From Candidatus Woesebacteria bacterium (GTDB lineage Bacteria > Patescibacteriota > Microgenomatia > UBA8517), in NCBI GenBank assembly GCA_016700095.1, contig CP065002.1, positions 112,463-176,462 of the forward strand: DNA of 64,000 nucleotides. The letters run 5' to 3'. Below are positions 8,464 to 18,857 of the stretch, piece after piece (positions within the stretch are counted from its first letter, which is position 1; every line of letters starts with the position of its first letter). Below the pieces are notes generated by a model, which was given only the letters and a program-made list of their open reading frames with translations, was not told the origin of the DNA and made no database searches. The translations under genes were made by a program, and so were the position numbers.

Positions 8464-10248
8464 ATGACAGATAATCAAGTCGAGGAAGTAAAGGCAAAAA
8501 CGGACATCGTGACCGTTATTGGAGAATACGTGAATTTGACGAAAGCAGGCCGCAATTACAAGGCTAATTGTCCATTTCACAACGAAAAATCCCCATCTTT
8601 TATAGTGTCACCCGAGATGCAACGCTACAAATGTTTTGGTTGCGGTGTGTCAGGTGATGTTTTCACTTTTTTAGAAGAATACGAGGGACTTGAATTTTAC
8701 GAAGCCCTGAAAAGTCTAGCCAGTAAAGCCAATATTAAACTTAAAAAACCGACCGGAAACAAAAGCGATAAAGAAAAGCTCCTTGAGGTTAATAGTCTGT
8801 TGGCAAAATTTTATCATTATTTATTGGTCAAACATCCCATTGGCAAGCCCGCTTTGCACTATCTTCTTGATATAAGAAAATTGAAAAGAGAAACACTTGA
8901 GACATTTCAGTTGGGATTTTCTCCGGAAGACAGCAGTATTTTTCGTCAGTTTATAATTGGCAAAAAAAAGATTGACACAAAAATTCTACATACCTTGGGA
9001 ATTTTAGTTGATGAGAAAAAGATCTGGGATAGATTCAGGGGAAGAATAATTTTTCCTCTAATTGATCACAGGGGTGAACCGATTGGTTTTGCAGGACGGA
9101 TATTACCGCAGTTTGATTCCGGAAAAGTTGGTAAGTACATCAATTCTCCCCAAACCCCCTTGTATCAAAAATCGTTCCATTTGTATGGATTAAACATAAC
9201 CAGAAGTGACATTAAAAAGAAACGGGAAGTGATTATGGTTGAGGGTGAACTTGATTTGATTTCGGTTTGGCAAGCAGGGATAAAAAACACTGTTGCAATT
9301 AAAGGAAGCGCAATTACCCAAGAGCAGTCTTTTTTGATAAGACGATTTGCCGATAGGGTTATCCTGGCACTTGATGCTGATATTGCGGGTGATGCTGCTG
9401 CAAGACGGGGGATTGCAATTGCCGAAAAAGCCGGTTTAGAAGTTAGGATTGCGCAACTTGGTAAATATAAAGATCCCGATGATGCGGTCAAGGCAAACCC
9501 TGACGATTTTAGAAAAATCATCGCAACAGCGGTACCCATTTGGGACTTTTTAATTGAAAGTGCAATTGCAAGGTACGGTGATTCTACAGGTGTTCAAAAA
9601 TCGAAAGTCAGTAAAGAAATTGTTCCTGTCCTCGCTTTGATTAATGACCAGATTGTAAAGGCGCATTATATCGGAATTGCAGCAAAAAAACTCGGCGTGC
9701 CGGTCGAGGCCGTAACTAAACAAGTAGCTGGTTACCATGTCGAAAAAAACGCACAGGTTCCAAAACTGGAATTTGTTCAACCGAAAGAAGGGACTCATAG
9801 GCGTGATCTGATTGAACGAAGATTGTTGGCGGTTGCTTTTGCTAATGATCCGACAAATTTATTAACCAATGAAATCAAGTCCAGTTTCCGTACTGTATTG
9901 GCAATAAAAATAATCGATTGTTACAAGTCGTTTATGCGTATTAATAAACAATATAATCTGTCGGGATTTTCTTCATATTTACCACAAGAGTTGTATGAAG
10001 GTTTCAGCGACGCAATTATGGAGGACTTATCCAATCAAGGTAAAAATGCTTCCCCGGATCGAGAATTTAACATGCTGGTTGTTGAATTAAACAAACTGGA
10101 TATCAAACAAGAACTTGAAACTCTCGCGGAGTCATTTATAAAATTAGAAAGCACTAAACAGAAAAAAGAATTGAAGGAAGCACAAAAATTGTTTAGGGAA
10201 AAGTCGCACCAACTGGCGGAAATTGAAAAACGCTCTTTGCTCAAATGA
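8464..10248 (+). CDS. dnaG: DNA primase DnaG
   Basis: CHC2 zinc finger (CPFHNEKSPSF...CFGCG), TOPRIM region (EGELD, LALDADIAGD). Classic dnaG-rpoD order. Confidence 0.92.
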   Translation: MTDNQVEEVKAKTDIVTVIGEYVNLTKAGRNYKANCPFHNEKSPSFIVSPEMQRYKCFGCGVSGDVFTFLEEYEGLEFYEALKSLASKANIKLKKPTGNKSDKEKLLEVNSLLAKFYHYLLVKHPIGKPALHYLLDIRKLKRETLETFQLGFSPEDSSIFRQFIIGKKKIDTKILHTLGILVDEKKIWDRFRGRIIFPLIDHRGEPIGFAGRILPQFDSGKVGKYINSPQTPLYQKSFHLYGLNITRSDIKKKREVIMVEGELDLISVWQAGIKNTVAIKGSAITQEQSFLIRRFADRVILALDADIAGDAAARRGIAIAEKAGLEVRIAQLGKYKDPDDAVKANPDDFRKIIATAVPIWDFLIESAIARYGDSTGVQKSKVSKEIVPVLALINDQIVKAHYIGIAAKKLGVPVEAVTKQVAGYHVEKNAQVPKLEFVQPKEGTHRRDLIERRLLAVAFANDPTNLLTNEIKSSFRTVLAIKIIDCYKSFMRINKQYNLSGFSSYLPQELYEGFSDAIMEDLSNQGKNASPDREFNMLVVELNKLDIKQELETLAESFIKLESTKQKKELKEAQKLFREKSHQLAEIEKRSLLK

Positions 10249-10287
10249 GCTTATCGCTGTATAATTCACCCTAGCTTAAAGAAATTT

Positions 10288-11400
10288 ATGACAAATACGA
10301 AAACAAATTCAAAACCTTCGAAATTAACCAAATCGCAAGAAGATCTAATAAAACAAGGTAAAGAGCAGGGATTTTTGACACAAGACAATATCTTGGAAGT
10401 GTACCCCGAGGCAGAAAAACATCTTGATGAATTGGATGCTTTGTACGATATCCTAATTGCCGAAGGATTGGATGTTTTCGAGAGTGTTGTCGGTGAAGAA
10501 TTTGAAACCGATGACTTGGCACGGGATAAATTGGACAAAGAAATCGAAATTCTTTCCAAACTCTCAGGTGCGGAAAGCACCGATCCCGTCAGACAATATT
10601 TACGTGAGATTGGAAAAGTACCCTTACTTTTTGCAGAAGAAGAAGTGGAATTGGCGAAACGTTTTGAGAAGGGTGAGAAATTTGCTAAAGATAAACTTAC
10701 AGAAAGCAATTTGAGGTTAGTCGTTTCGATTGCCAAAAAATATATCGGTCGCGGACTTTCTCTCCTTGATTTAATCCAAGAAGGTAATCAGGGTCTTATT
10801 CGTGCGGTAGAAAAATACGACTGGAGAAAAGGATATAAATTCTCAACTTATGCAACATGGTGGATAAGACAGGCGATAACACGAGCGATCGCAGATCAAG
10901 CAAGGACGATTAGAATTCCTGTCCACATGGTGGAAACGATCAATAAACTTTACCGAATTAGCAGGCGTTTAATGCAAGAAAAAGGTAGAGAACCGACTGC
11001 TGACGAGATTGCAGAAGAAGCGGAAGTAGAACCGGAACGTGTACGCGAAATCTTTAAAATAGCTCAAGAAGTTGCCTCATTGGAAGCTCCCGTCGGAGAG
11101 GACAAAGAGAGTTTTCTTGGGGATTTCATACCCGATGATAACCAATTGTCTCCAGTGGATGCCGCGAGCAAGCAACTTTTAAAAGATCACCTTGATGAAG
11201 TGTTGGCGACTCTTTCGGAAAGAGAAGCAAAGGTTCTTAAACTCCGTTTTGGACTTGAGGGCAGTAAACAAATGACCTTGGAAGAAGTTGGAAAAGTCTT
11301 CGGTGTAACTCGTGAACGAATTAGACAAATCGAAGCAAAGGCGTTAAGAAAACTCAAACACCCCAGTAGAAGGAAAAAACTTCAGGATTATTTGGAATAA
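10288..11400 (+). CDS. rpoD: RNA polymerase sigma-70 factor RpoD
   Basis: Regions 1.2 to 4.2 are present ([41 protein letters not shown]; region 4 HTH). Confidence 0.95.
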   Translation: MTNTKTNSKPSKLTKSQEDLIKQGKEQGFLTQDNILEVYPEAEKHLDELDALYDILIAEGLDVFESVVGEEFETDDLARDKLDKEIEILSKLSGAESTDPVRQYLREIGKVPLLFAEEEVELAKRFEKGEKFAKDKLTESNLRLVVSIAKKYIGRGLSLLDLIQEGNQGLIRAVEKYDWRKGYKFSTYATWWIRQAITRAIADQARTIRIPVHMVETINKLYRISRRLMQEKGREPTADEIAEEAEVEPERVREIFKIAQEVASLEAPVGEDKESFLGDFIPDDNQLSPVDAASKQLLKDHLDEVLATLSEREAKVLKLRFGLEGSKQMTLEEVGKVFGVTRERIRQIEAKALRKLKHPSRRKKLQDYLE

Positions 11401-11441
11401 TTGGAATTATCTAAAGACACCCGAATAAACTTTGACAACAA

Positions 11442-12314
11442 TTACTTCACGAAATAAAAAGTTATGTAACTGGTTGTGCCGTCTAAATTATCGATATCTA
11501 CCAGTTTAGCCGAATTTGTGTTTACAAGTAACTGTGGCGTAGCGGTGTTTTCCTTCATAAGTTTGGAGATAATATACACAGAGGCGGGTGTATCGACATG
11601 TTTTACGGAATCTAAATTGTAAATTTTATCAAGGTGGAAGTTGGTAATTACCTCTATGCTTTGTTTGTCAAAACCGTCTGCCATGTTTGATGTTTGGTAA
11701 TGCGAGAAATCGGCACTTACGAGAACCAAAACATCCTCACTCAATGATCGTAAAATTTCAGTCAATTGGTCACATTCCTCTTTGGTAGTGGTCGATTTGA
11801 CGGTAATTGGTACAAGTTTCGCAGACGGAAATTTCTTTTTTATAAAGGCGACTGTTCCGTAAACGGCGTGTTCGTTTTCGAAAACATTTTCATTGTGTCC
11901 GGCTGTGTCTTTAGATATGTTATCCAATATTTCCACATTGGGGTTTAACTCACCGTAAGGTGTTTCCCACCTCGCATAAGAAACCTGGATATTGTCATAT
12001 CCTGCATTGTAATGATTTGGCGTAATCAAAATAATGGTGTCGAAATTTTCTTCGATACCGTCAAAAAATGCTTGAATTATCGGTGCCGCAAGTAAGTGGT
12101 GGGGGATAATTCCGCCAAGTACTTTTCCATTTGGAGATATGCGGTATTTGACGGCTTTTTCTTCGGCTTGATTGTAAAAATCAAGATCATACTGCCTCGA
12201 GGAATGAGTAAGAGTGTGATTAGAGTCGACATTGTTGTCGCGGTGTACGAGGTAGATTTGTCCAAACAAAGATAGGATTACAAAACTAGAAAAAACAATC
12301 AGCAACCACTTCAT
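11442..12314 (-). CDS. MEMO1 / AmmeMemoRadiSam system protein B family (class III extradiol dioxygenase fold)
   Basis: N-terminal signal/TM. PHH, NHYNAGY, ENEHAVYG (ExxHSxE-like) and SADFSHY (SxDLSH-like) motifs. Confidence 0.5.
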   Translation of the reverse strand: MKWLLIVFSSFVILSLFGQIYLVHRDNNVDSNHTLTHSSRQYDLDFYNQAEEKAVKYRISPNGKVLGGIIPHHLLAAPIIQAFFDGIEENFDTIILITPNHYNAGYDNIQVSYARWETPYGELNPNVEILDNISKDTAGHNENVFENEHAVYGTVAFIKKKFPSAKLVPITVKSTTTKEECDQLTEILRSLSEDVLVLVSADFSHYQTSNMADGFDKQSIEVITNFHLDKIYNLDSVKHVDTPASVYIISKLMKENTATPQLLVNTNSAKLVDIDNLDGTTSYITFYFVK

Positions 12315-12315
12315 G

Positions 12316-14844
12316 TTATGGAGTAATGATGTCTGTCACCCAACTTGGTGTAGGGGGTAATTGCTCCTTTCCCTCATACACTATTTCTTGCCATTTTTCA
12401 TCTGTTAACCTTCGTTCAAGCGGTTGAGTAAACTCGTAATAGCTATATACTGCGCCCCGTGTCAATCTGGTGCCGTTGGTGTCTTTTACGGCAACATAGA
12501 TAATCATCGGAGTACCCGTTGCCTCATATAAAATTTGATTCTTTGTCGCATCGGTATGTACATCGGCAACAATTCCCATGCGCGCATCTTTTTCGCGCAT
12601 GATATCTCCATCTAAGCTCCATACGATGTTGGGGAAATTATAGGTAACGTAATTTCTAAGTTTCTCAAATTCTTCATCCGAAATTTTTTGGTCAGTCAAC
12701 TCTTTTTCGGCAATTTCTTTAAAGAAATTAAGCGCTTTGTCGAAGTTTTCGAATTTTTGTTTCATTCCGTCAATGAGAAGGTCGTTATCATCCAAACCTT
12801 CGAGAGTCATTTTGTTTAAAGCAATAAGTCTCGTTATGAAAGACAAATCGGGTTCAACATATCCTTTGGGGACGGGTGGAATTTCTCCCTCCTCCGGCCC
12901 ACCTCCCATTTCTGCATACGATTGTTTGGCATACAAGAGTGTATCGTGTCGTAGTTCTGTCCATGAACCAAGTACGGTATTGAGCGATTTTTTGTTCCAG
13001 GCATAATTTCTCATAAAACCGGGATAACCATCACCGTGCTCTTCGAAAAGCGGCATAAAGTTATAAAGCCACGCCCAATAGATATTTTGCGTCCATGTTT
13101 TTTCATCCAATGACAAAAATTCACCCTTTAATTTATTTTGTACTTGTGCAATAACCCTATCCGAATCGGGGGCATTTTCTTTCACCCAGTCGTCTAAAAG
13201 TGGGTCAGCGGTTTTATTGCCGAGAATTGACATGACCATTAACGATGTCGGAGTGGAAGGTAAATATTGACCTGTTGTCTCATCGGGTTTTTCGTCTCCT
13301 TGTGTTAACTCACTAAACATATAACTGTCAGGAATAAAGCGCTGTCCCATAAATCTGAAACCTTTGGTACTTTGCAGTAACTCGTCTTTTGTGGGTGCCT
13401 GCAGCGGATCAAAAGTTTTTATTTCAGATAGAATTTTTGGACCCGCCAACAGCTGTGCCTTTTGTCTTAAGATCTCCAATTTAGCCAGATCTTTAAAATC
13501 GGTTAGTTTAACACTATCGCCATAAACCTCGTTTACCAAATCGGAATACTGGTAGTAAGTAAGATCATCACTTTGTCCCACAAAAAACACGGTCGGTAAG
13601 TAAATATCTTCCCAGAGACTTGATGCTCTTGTTTTGTCGTAGTCGACATGTCCAAGTTGCCATGCAATTATTGCCGCATCTTGCGTGAGGAATTCGTTTC
13701 TCAATTCAAAATTGCGCCTGCCATACCACATCATAGCTCTGAAATAACTTCGAAGTGTCGAATTTTTTGTATAATGGCCGCGCGGAGTGTACTGGGTATA
13801 ATCCTCAAGTAAATCCGGTGTAAATTTTCCAAAAAGGGGAGACTCGCTTGGTGCTTGTGCGTCGAAAATTAAATTCAGTTCTTTTTCTGCAAGAGAATAA
13901 ATTTCATCCGGAACATCATTCTTGTATTTTTCCAGATTGGTTAACATGCGCTCTTTTGTATCTACTGATTCGTCGGTCTCCAATGCTGATTGCTGTTCTT
14001 CGACTGTTTCGAAGTACATAGTTTTGTTTTCTGTGTTGCTGGTGTCAAGAATTACGAGTGGAATCAGATAATAAGTAGTAATTCGCGACAGGCTGCTCGT
14101 TAGTTCGGAATCCTTATTTTCTTTGTAACTCACGATAGAACTTTCATATAGTGCTTTGGTCAAAGTATGTAATTTGGAATGCATTTTTGTTTCTTCAATC
14201 TTTTGAAATGTTCGATCAATAAGCACATGGTACGTATGAAGGAGTAAGTCCGAAGTTATAAAAACCGCATTTTCAGGTTGTCGGTCATATTGACTAGTTG
14301 ATCCACCAACCTTCATGTATATATCAATCATATCGTCGACTCTGTTTCCGTTGCCGGATCGGGGTTCAAAAATTGGAGTCTCGGGGTCTGAATATGTGAT
14401 TTGCGTTGGTTTTATAAAAAAACCATTCCGTGTTAGTTGGGACGTGAGATTTTCATCGATCTGAAAACCTCCGCTTTGTGATACTTCCGATAAATTAGTT
14501 ATTTCAGGAACAGAAATGGTGTAAGCAGGCAGGGAAGGTTTAATAGTTGATTTAATCTCTTTGTACTCTGCGAAGACGCCTGGGCTTGTAATACGGAAAC
14601 TGTGTTTTGTATCAAGATTATTGGTTGAGTCAGCCCTGTTTTTTGCTAGGTGTGTGATTGTAAATAACCCGATTGCGACAAGGATAGAAATAGCCAATAA
14701 CACCCTTTTTAAAGTAATAGGTTTTGTTTTGGGTGTGTGGGCAACGGGATCAGTTTTATTAAACACACTTTGCTCTCCATTGATATTTTCTGTGTTTTGA
14801 GGATTATCGGAAATTTGGTTTACGGGAGGAATACCTTCATCCAT
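12316..14844 (-). CDS. Large (842 aa) membrane-anchored extracytoplasmic protein, possibly DUF3160-like
   Basis: Single N-terminal TM helix then about 780 aa of soluble sequence. The family assignment is from memory only. Confidence 0.55.
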   Translation of the reverse strand: MDEGIPPVNQISDNPQNTENINGEQSVFNKTDPVAHTPKTKPITLKRVLLAISILVAIGLFTITHLAKNRADSTNNLDTKHSFRITSPGVFAEYKEIKSTIKPSLPAYTISVPEITNLSEVSQSGGFQIDENLTSQLTRNGFFIKPTQITYSDPETPIFEPRSGNGNRVDDMIDIYMKVGGSTSQYDRQPENAVFITSDLLLHTYHVLIDRTFQKIEETKMHSKLHTLTKALYESSIVSYKENKDSELTSSLSRITTYYLIPLVILDTSNTENKTMYFETVEEQQSALETDESVDTKERMLTNLEKYKNDVPDEIYSLAEKELNLIFDAQAPSESPLFGKFTPDLLEDYTQYTPRGHYTKNSTLRSYFRAMMWYGRRNFELRNEFLTQDAAIIAWQLGHVDYDKTRASSLWEDIYLPTVFFVGQSDDLTYYQYSDLVNEVYGDSVKLTDFKDLAKLEILRQKAQLLAGPKILSEIKTFDPLQAPTKDELLQSTKGFRFMGQRFIPDSYMFSELTQGDEKPDETTGQYLPSTPTSLMVMSILGNKTADPLLDDWVKENAPDSDRVIAQVQNKLKGEFLSLDEKTWTQNIYWAWLYNFMPLFEEHGDGYPGFMRNYAWNKKSLNTVLGSWTELRHDTLLYAKQSYAEMGGGPEEGEIPPVPKGYVEPDLSFITRLIALNKMTLEGLDDNDLLIDGMKQKFENFDKALNFFKEIAEKELTDQKISDEEFEKLRNYVTYNFPNIVWSLDGDIMREKDARMGIVADVHTDATKNQILYEATGTPMIIYVAVKDTNGTRLTRGAVYSYYEFTQPLERRLTDEKWQEIVYEGKEQLPPTPSWVTDIITP

Positions 14845-14998
14845 ACTCTCATCTTAAGCGTTATGTGCCCCCTTTTACAATAACGGTATTTTAAAAATTT
14901 CGGTCTGAATATCAAACTGTCATTAAACGAGCCAACAAAACTCTTGAAAGAAATAGGTGTCGTAAAAGTCAAACAACAAACGCCATTCTGCGTTTCTT

Positions 14999-15421
14999 TT
15001 AAATATACTTTTCAATTTCAAACGTGGGGTAGCAGATTATGCTTTTATCCTTTACCAAAGAAACAGGTATCCACACTGCAGGGAAGTTGGGCGAGTCGGG
15101 GTTGGGAATTGTCTCACTGCCTAATACCTTTTCGTCTCTTAATTCACCCTCAAAGACAAAAATTACTTCATGACCTCTTTCGCCTTGATAAATAAAAATT
15201 TCCTCAATTGGTGTTACAAATTCTAGATTAAATATTTCTACACCCAGCTCTTCAAATATTTCTCTTTTAAGTGTATCAATTGCTTTTTCTCCAAATTCGA
15301 CGTGTCCTCCAATTAGTCGGTAAAAGGTTTCGTTTTTGATACTGTCAAAACCTTTATTCAAAAGAAGTTTGTCATTGTGCTTAATTATGCACATTGCTTT
15401 TACTTTAATTTCTTTTATCAC
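14999..15421 (-). CDS. NUDIX hydrolase
   Basis: Canonical NUDIX box GGHVEFGEKAIDTLKREIFEELGV. Confidence 0.85.
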   Translation of the reverse strand: MIKEIKVKAMCIIKHNDKLLLNKGFDSIKNETFYRLIGGHVEFGEKAIDTLKREIFEELGVEIFNLEFVTPIEEIFIYQGERGHEVIFVFEGELRDEKVLGSETIPNPDSPNFPAVWIPVSLVKDKSIICYPTFEIEKYI

Positions 15422-15546
15422 ATGTGAATTATATCAAGAGAATTTGATTTTAAGGAATCGAAAGTATGATCTGGATAAAATCAGGCTTAATTGATATACT
15501 TTACTCGCTTTGTAGTTTTGCAAGGCGAGTACATTAATATAATTAT

Positions 15547-15621
15547 TCCCCGGTAGCTCAGCGGCAGAGCAGAGAGCTGTTAACTCTAAGGTCGTAGGTT
15601 CGAATCCTACCCGGGGAGCCA
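15547..15621 (+). tRNA. tRNA-Asn(GTT), CCA encoded
   Basis: Acceptor TCCCCGG/CCGGGGA (U1-A72), D-arm GCTC..GAGC, anticodon loop CTGTTAA, T-arm GTAGG-TTCGAAT-CCTAC, discriminator G + CCA. Confidence 0.9.
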
Positions 15622-15692
15622 GATAGTAATTAAAAATAACTATTTGAAAAGCACCGAAGGGTGTGAAGCCATTTCACCCGACGGGTGATATA
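15613..15692 (+). repeat. 80-bp direct repeat, copy 1 (attL-like); starts inside the tRNA-Asn 3' end (GGGGAGCCA)
   Basis: Exactly identical to 17515-17594. Contains the GTGAA-GCCAT-TTCAC and CACCC-GAC-GGGTG hairpins. Confidence 0.9.
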
Positions 15693-15859
15693 ATCCAAAC
15701 AACTTAGCTAAAGCCACTAGAGAGCTTTTTGATTTGTTTGAAATAACTACAAGAACTTATTGCGAGAAAGTTAATAAAGATTTCCCAGAAGACAAAGTTA
15801 TCGCAATGCGTAGGTTATTTGACGAGTTTGATTTGGCTAAAAAGTGACCAATATTTTTT

Positions 15860-16870
15860 ATGAAGTTTATTGCATATACAGTGAAGGGGTTAGAAGAAAT
15901 TGCAAAAGACGAGTTGTTTCAACTTACGCCAAATGCTGAGGTTCTGGAAGTAGGTCCCAAAAGGATTATTTTTGAAATTGATGAGGCAATGCCTTTATTA
16001 AAGCTAACTACAGTGGACGATATTGGTTTGCTAGTAAGCCAATATAAAGGGATAAACATTGATGAAATCACTTCTAATATATTAGAACTTAACTTTGGTG
16101 AAGCTAAAGACAAACTTCGTGACATACGCAAAATAGAAGATACTTTTTCAGTTACGGTTAGTAAAGCAAGAACCCAGATTGATACAAATGATCTTCAAGT
16201 AAAAATTGCTAATGCTTTAATTGATAAATACAAATGGGAATATACCCAACTAGACCATACTACTTTTGATGTGCGGGTTTTTATTGATAAAAAAGATATT
16301 TATGTGTCAGTTAGGCTAACCGAGAAGCCGTTATTTCACAGGACTTATAAAGTTGCTTCGGTCATAGGCGCATTAAAGCCAACAATAGCTTCTGCGATGG
16401 TTAGATTAGCCATACAAGGCACTAAAGGTCTTGTGGTGGATAGTTTCTGTGGTAGTGGCACTATTTTAGCCGAGGCGTTAGGCGCGGGTAATGAGGTCTA
16501 TGGAGGTGATATAAGTGGCGAGGCCATAGAAGTTTGTAAAACTACATTAAGAAATATGGGTTACGAACCTAGCGACAAAATTAAAGAGCAGGATGCAACT
16601 AAAACAAACTGGCCTGACAATTACTTTGACTTTGCTATTTCAAACTTACCTTGGGACAAACAAATAAAAATTGATAGCGTTACGAACCTTTATATCGGAA
16701 CCTTATCTGAGTATGCTCGTATGGTTAAACCGTTAGGAAGTATATGCCTTTTAGTTTCAAACCCAGATTTACTTGTAAAACTCGCCAAAAAGTATTTTCC
16801 TAATAGAAAAATAGGGAAATTAACAATTGGAGTATTGGGTCAAAAGCCTACAATTGTTACTATTAGTTAG
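15860..16870 (+). CDS. THUMP-domain class I SAM-dependent RNA methyltransferase (Trm14/TrmN/RlmL-like)
   Basis: N-terminal THUMP-like region. SAM motif I VDSFCGSGTILAEA and NPPY-like motif IV SNLPWD. Confidence 0.7.
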   Translation: MKFIAYTVKGLEEIAKDELFQLTPNAEVLEVGPKRIIFEIDEAMPLLKLTTVDDIGLLVSQYKGINIDEITSNILELNFGEAKDKLRDIRKIEDTFSVTVSKARTQIDTNDLQVKIANALIDKYKWEYTQLDHTTFDVRVFIDKKDIYVSVRLTEKPLFHRTYKVASVIGALKPTIASAMVRLAIQGTKGLVVDSFCGSGTILAEALGAGNEVYGGDISGEAIEVCKTTLRNMGYEPSDKIKEQDATKTNWPDNYFDFAISNLPWDKQIKIDSVTNLYIGTLSEYARMVKPLGSICLLVSNPDLLVKLAKKYFPNRKIGKLTIGVLGQKPTIVTIS

Positions 16871-17465
16871 CTTCTATATTCTCCTTAACCCACTCGTCTA
16901 AGTCCATATTGATATTGTAGGTAATGTAATTTTCGTCAGCACTTGGAGCTTCAAACATACCTAAGGCTCTTTTAAGGGTTACTTCTTCAAGTTGACCTCG
17001 TTCTTTGGTTTGTTCATTCCTTTCCCACCTAGCCCTAATTTCGTTTAGTGGTGTATTTAGGTATATAAGTTTTGACCCAACATTTAAGCTTTTTGCTATA
17101 TTTTTAGCAGTTTCTCGTTCACTCCTTTTAAGATTGCCGAGGTCTAATACGACAGTCTTACCTTCGGACAATAACTTTTTAAGCTCCTTATATCCTTCTG
17201 AGTAAACTATGTTCCAGTCGTCCTGTGTCATTTCTTCAACCTCGTAACCTTTTTCGTCCATAATATCGTCCATAGAAACACCACTAAAACCAAACCGTTT
17301 AGTGAGTTCTTTGGTAAGTGTAGTTTTTCCTGAGTAAGGAAGTCCTATCAAAATATAAAGCATAAGCATATTATAAAGGTTAATTTGCAGTAAGGTAATT
17401 GGCTTTACTATAATCTTGCTGATAGGCAAGTAGGCATTGAAGCATAACCTCGCTTTGCTTATCAA
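16863..17465 (-). CDS. P-loop kinase (AAA_33 / polynucleotide-kinase-like / zeta-like NTPase fold)
   Basis: Walker A GLPYSGKTT near the N-terminus; about 170-aa kinase fold. Convergent with, and overlapping, the THUMP gene. Confidence 0.6.
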   Translation of the reverse strand: MISKARLCFNAYLPISKIIVKPITLLQINLYNMLMLYILIGLPYSGKTTLTKELTKRFGFSGVSMDDIMDEKGYEVEEMTQDDWNIVYSEGYKELKKLLSEGKTVVLDLGNLKRSERETAKNIAKSLNVGSKLIYLNTPLNEIRARWERNEQTKERGQLEEVTLKRALGMFEAPSADENYITYNINMDLDEWVKENIEAN

Positions 17466-17514
17466 GATATTGCGAACTAGGGTTATTTATAAATGTGCCT
17501 ATTAGGGGGAGCCA

Positions 17515-17594
17515 GATAGTAATTAAAAATAACTATTTGAAAAGCACCGAAGGGTGTGAAGCCATTTCACCCGACGGGTGATATACTAGTTAAC
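17515..17594 (+). repeat. 80-bp direct repeat, copy 2 (attR-like), with degenerate extension into tRNA T-arm sequence (CCTATTAGGGGGAGCCA)
   Basis: Exact match to 15613-15692. The preceding 8 nt resemble tRNA-Asn ..CCTACCCGGGGAGCCA with mismatches. Confidence 0.9.
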
Positions 17595-17770
17595 ACCAAA
17601 GTCATCTGTAATGTTTGCTAGCTTGCAAATTCCTTCAATAAAATATTTTTTCTCCGCTTCCATAAATTCCTGTGAAGCTGTATCTGTATTAACCGCAAAT
17701 TATACATATGAGTTTAAGTAATTTTCAGGTTTACTATTTTAACGATTTTTATTACATGGCATAATAAGGC

Positions 17771-18175
17771 ATGAGAAAATTTGAATTCAAAAAACTGGTA
17801 AGAGACAAAATTGTAGAAGGCATTATCGCAGTGGGTAACAAACCAAACTGGAAAACCCTATCCGACTCAGAGTTTGTTCATGAGCTAAAGAAAAAGATTG
17901 TCGAGGAGGCTTTGGAAGTACCACGGACAAATGACCCAGCGGAAGTAGTTAAGGAATTGGCAGACATACAGGAAATAATTGACAACTTGTTGGAAGCGCT
18001 AAAGATTTCAAAAGAAAAATTTGCAGAAGTTCAGAAGAAAAAGAATGAAGACCGAGGTTCGTTCAAGAAAAGACAATATATTGACACAGTAGAAACTTCA
18101 GACGAAGTTACCAAGTGGGTTTCGTATTACCTTGATAATCCGGATAAATACCCTGAGGTCAAAGATGTCAAATAG
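17771..18175 (+). CDS. MazG-like nucleotide pyrophosphohydrolase (small all-alpha NTP-PPase)
   Basis: KLVRDKI and EELADIQEII motifs typical of the MazG/HisE-like fold. Confidence 0.5.
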   Translation: MRKFEFKKLVRDKIVEGIIAVGNKPNWKTLSDSEFVHELKKKIVEEALEVPRTNDPAEVVKELADIQEIIDNLLEALKISKEKFAEVQKKKNEDRGSFKKRQYIDTVETSDEVTKWVSYYLDNPDKYPEVKDVK

Positions 18176-18251
18176 TGGAGATACCTCCAAAGCCGTAACG
18201 GAAAAGCTTGCTTACACCATGTTGGTTAAACGGGGTAAGCTAAATACATAA

Positions 18252-18776
18252 ATGGACACTTGTACAACAAAACTATATAACATTGGTTTGTGGACAATTG
18301 CAAGATTACCTGAAAATATCAGCAAAAAGCTTCCGTCCCGAGGAATGGTGATGGTGGAAGGAAGGATTAATGGTGTGTATTTCCAGACACCGCTTGAACC
18401 GGACGGGAAAGGGAGTCACTGGTTTAGAGTAGATGATGTTTTACTTAAAAAAATTAATGCCAAAGCAGGCGATACGATTGATCTGAAACTTGGACCTATT
18501 GACGATTGGCCGGATCCCAAAATACCCAAAGATGTTGATAGGATATTTAATACCTTAAGTATTAAACAGCACTGGGACAGTATTACTCCAAATGCCAAAT
18601 GGGAGTGGATACGTTGGATTCAGTCTACAGGTAACAAAGCGACTAGGGAAAAAAGAATTAATCTGGCGATTGCAAAACTAGCTAAAGGGGAAAAAAGACC
18701 ATGCTGTTTTAATCGCAATATGTGTTGTGTACCCGGCGTGTCAAAAAGCGGTGTTCTTATGGATTCTAGTAGCTAA
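18252..18776 (+). CDS. DUF1905 + YdeI/OmpD-associated family protein
   Basis: N-terminal DUF1905-like beta-rich segment; C-terminal WEWIRWIQSTGNKATREKRINLAIAKLAKG. Confidence 0.55.
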   Translation: MDTCTTKLYNIGLWTIARLPENISKKLPSRGMVMVEGRINGVYFQTPLEPDGKGSHWFRVDDVLLKKINAKAGDTIDLKLGPIDDWPDPKIPKDVDRIFNTLSIKQHWDSITPNAKWEWIRWIQSTGNKATREKRINLAIAKLAKGEKRPCCFNRNMCCVPGVSKSGVLMDSSS

Positions 18777-18857
18777 TCTTTTCCCGACTTCACATGGATT
18801 GGAATTATTTGTAAAATATAGTTGACATAATGTAAAAAATAATATACATTTAAGCGA

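Noticed and set aside
9165-10244. Antisense ORFs inside dnaG (9165-9539, 9550-9798, 10035-10244) and inside rpoD (10266-10736)
   Set aside because: Fully embedded in strongly supported genes on the opposite strand, with low-complexity Ser-rich translations.
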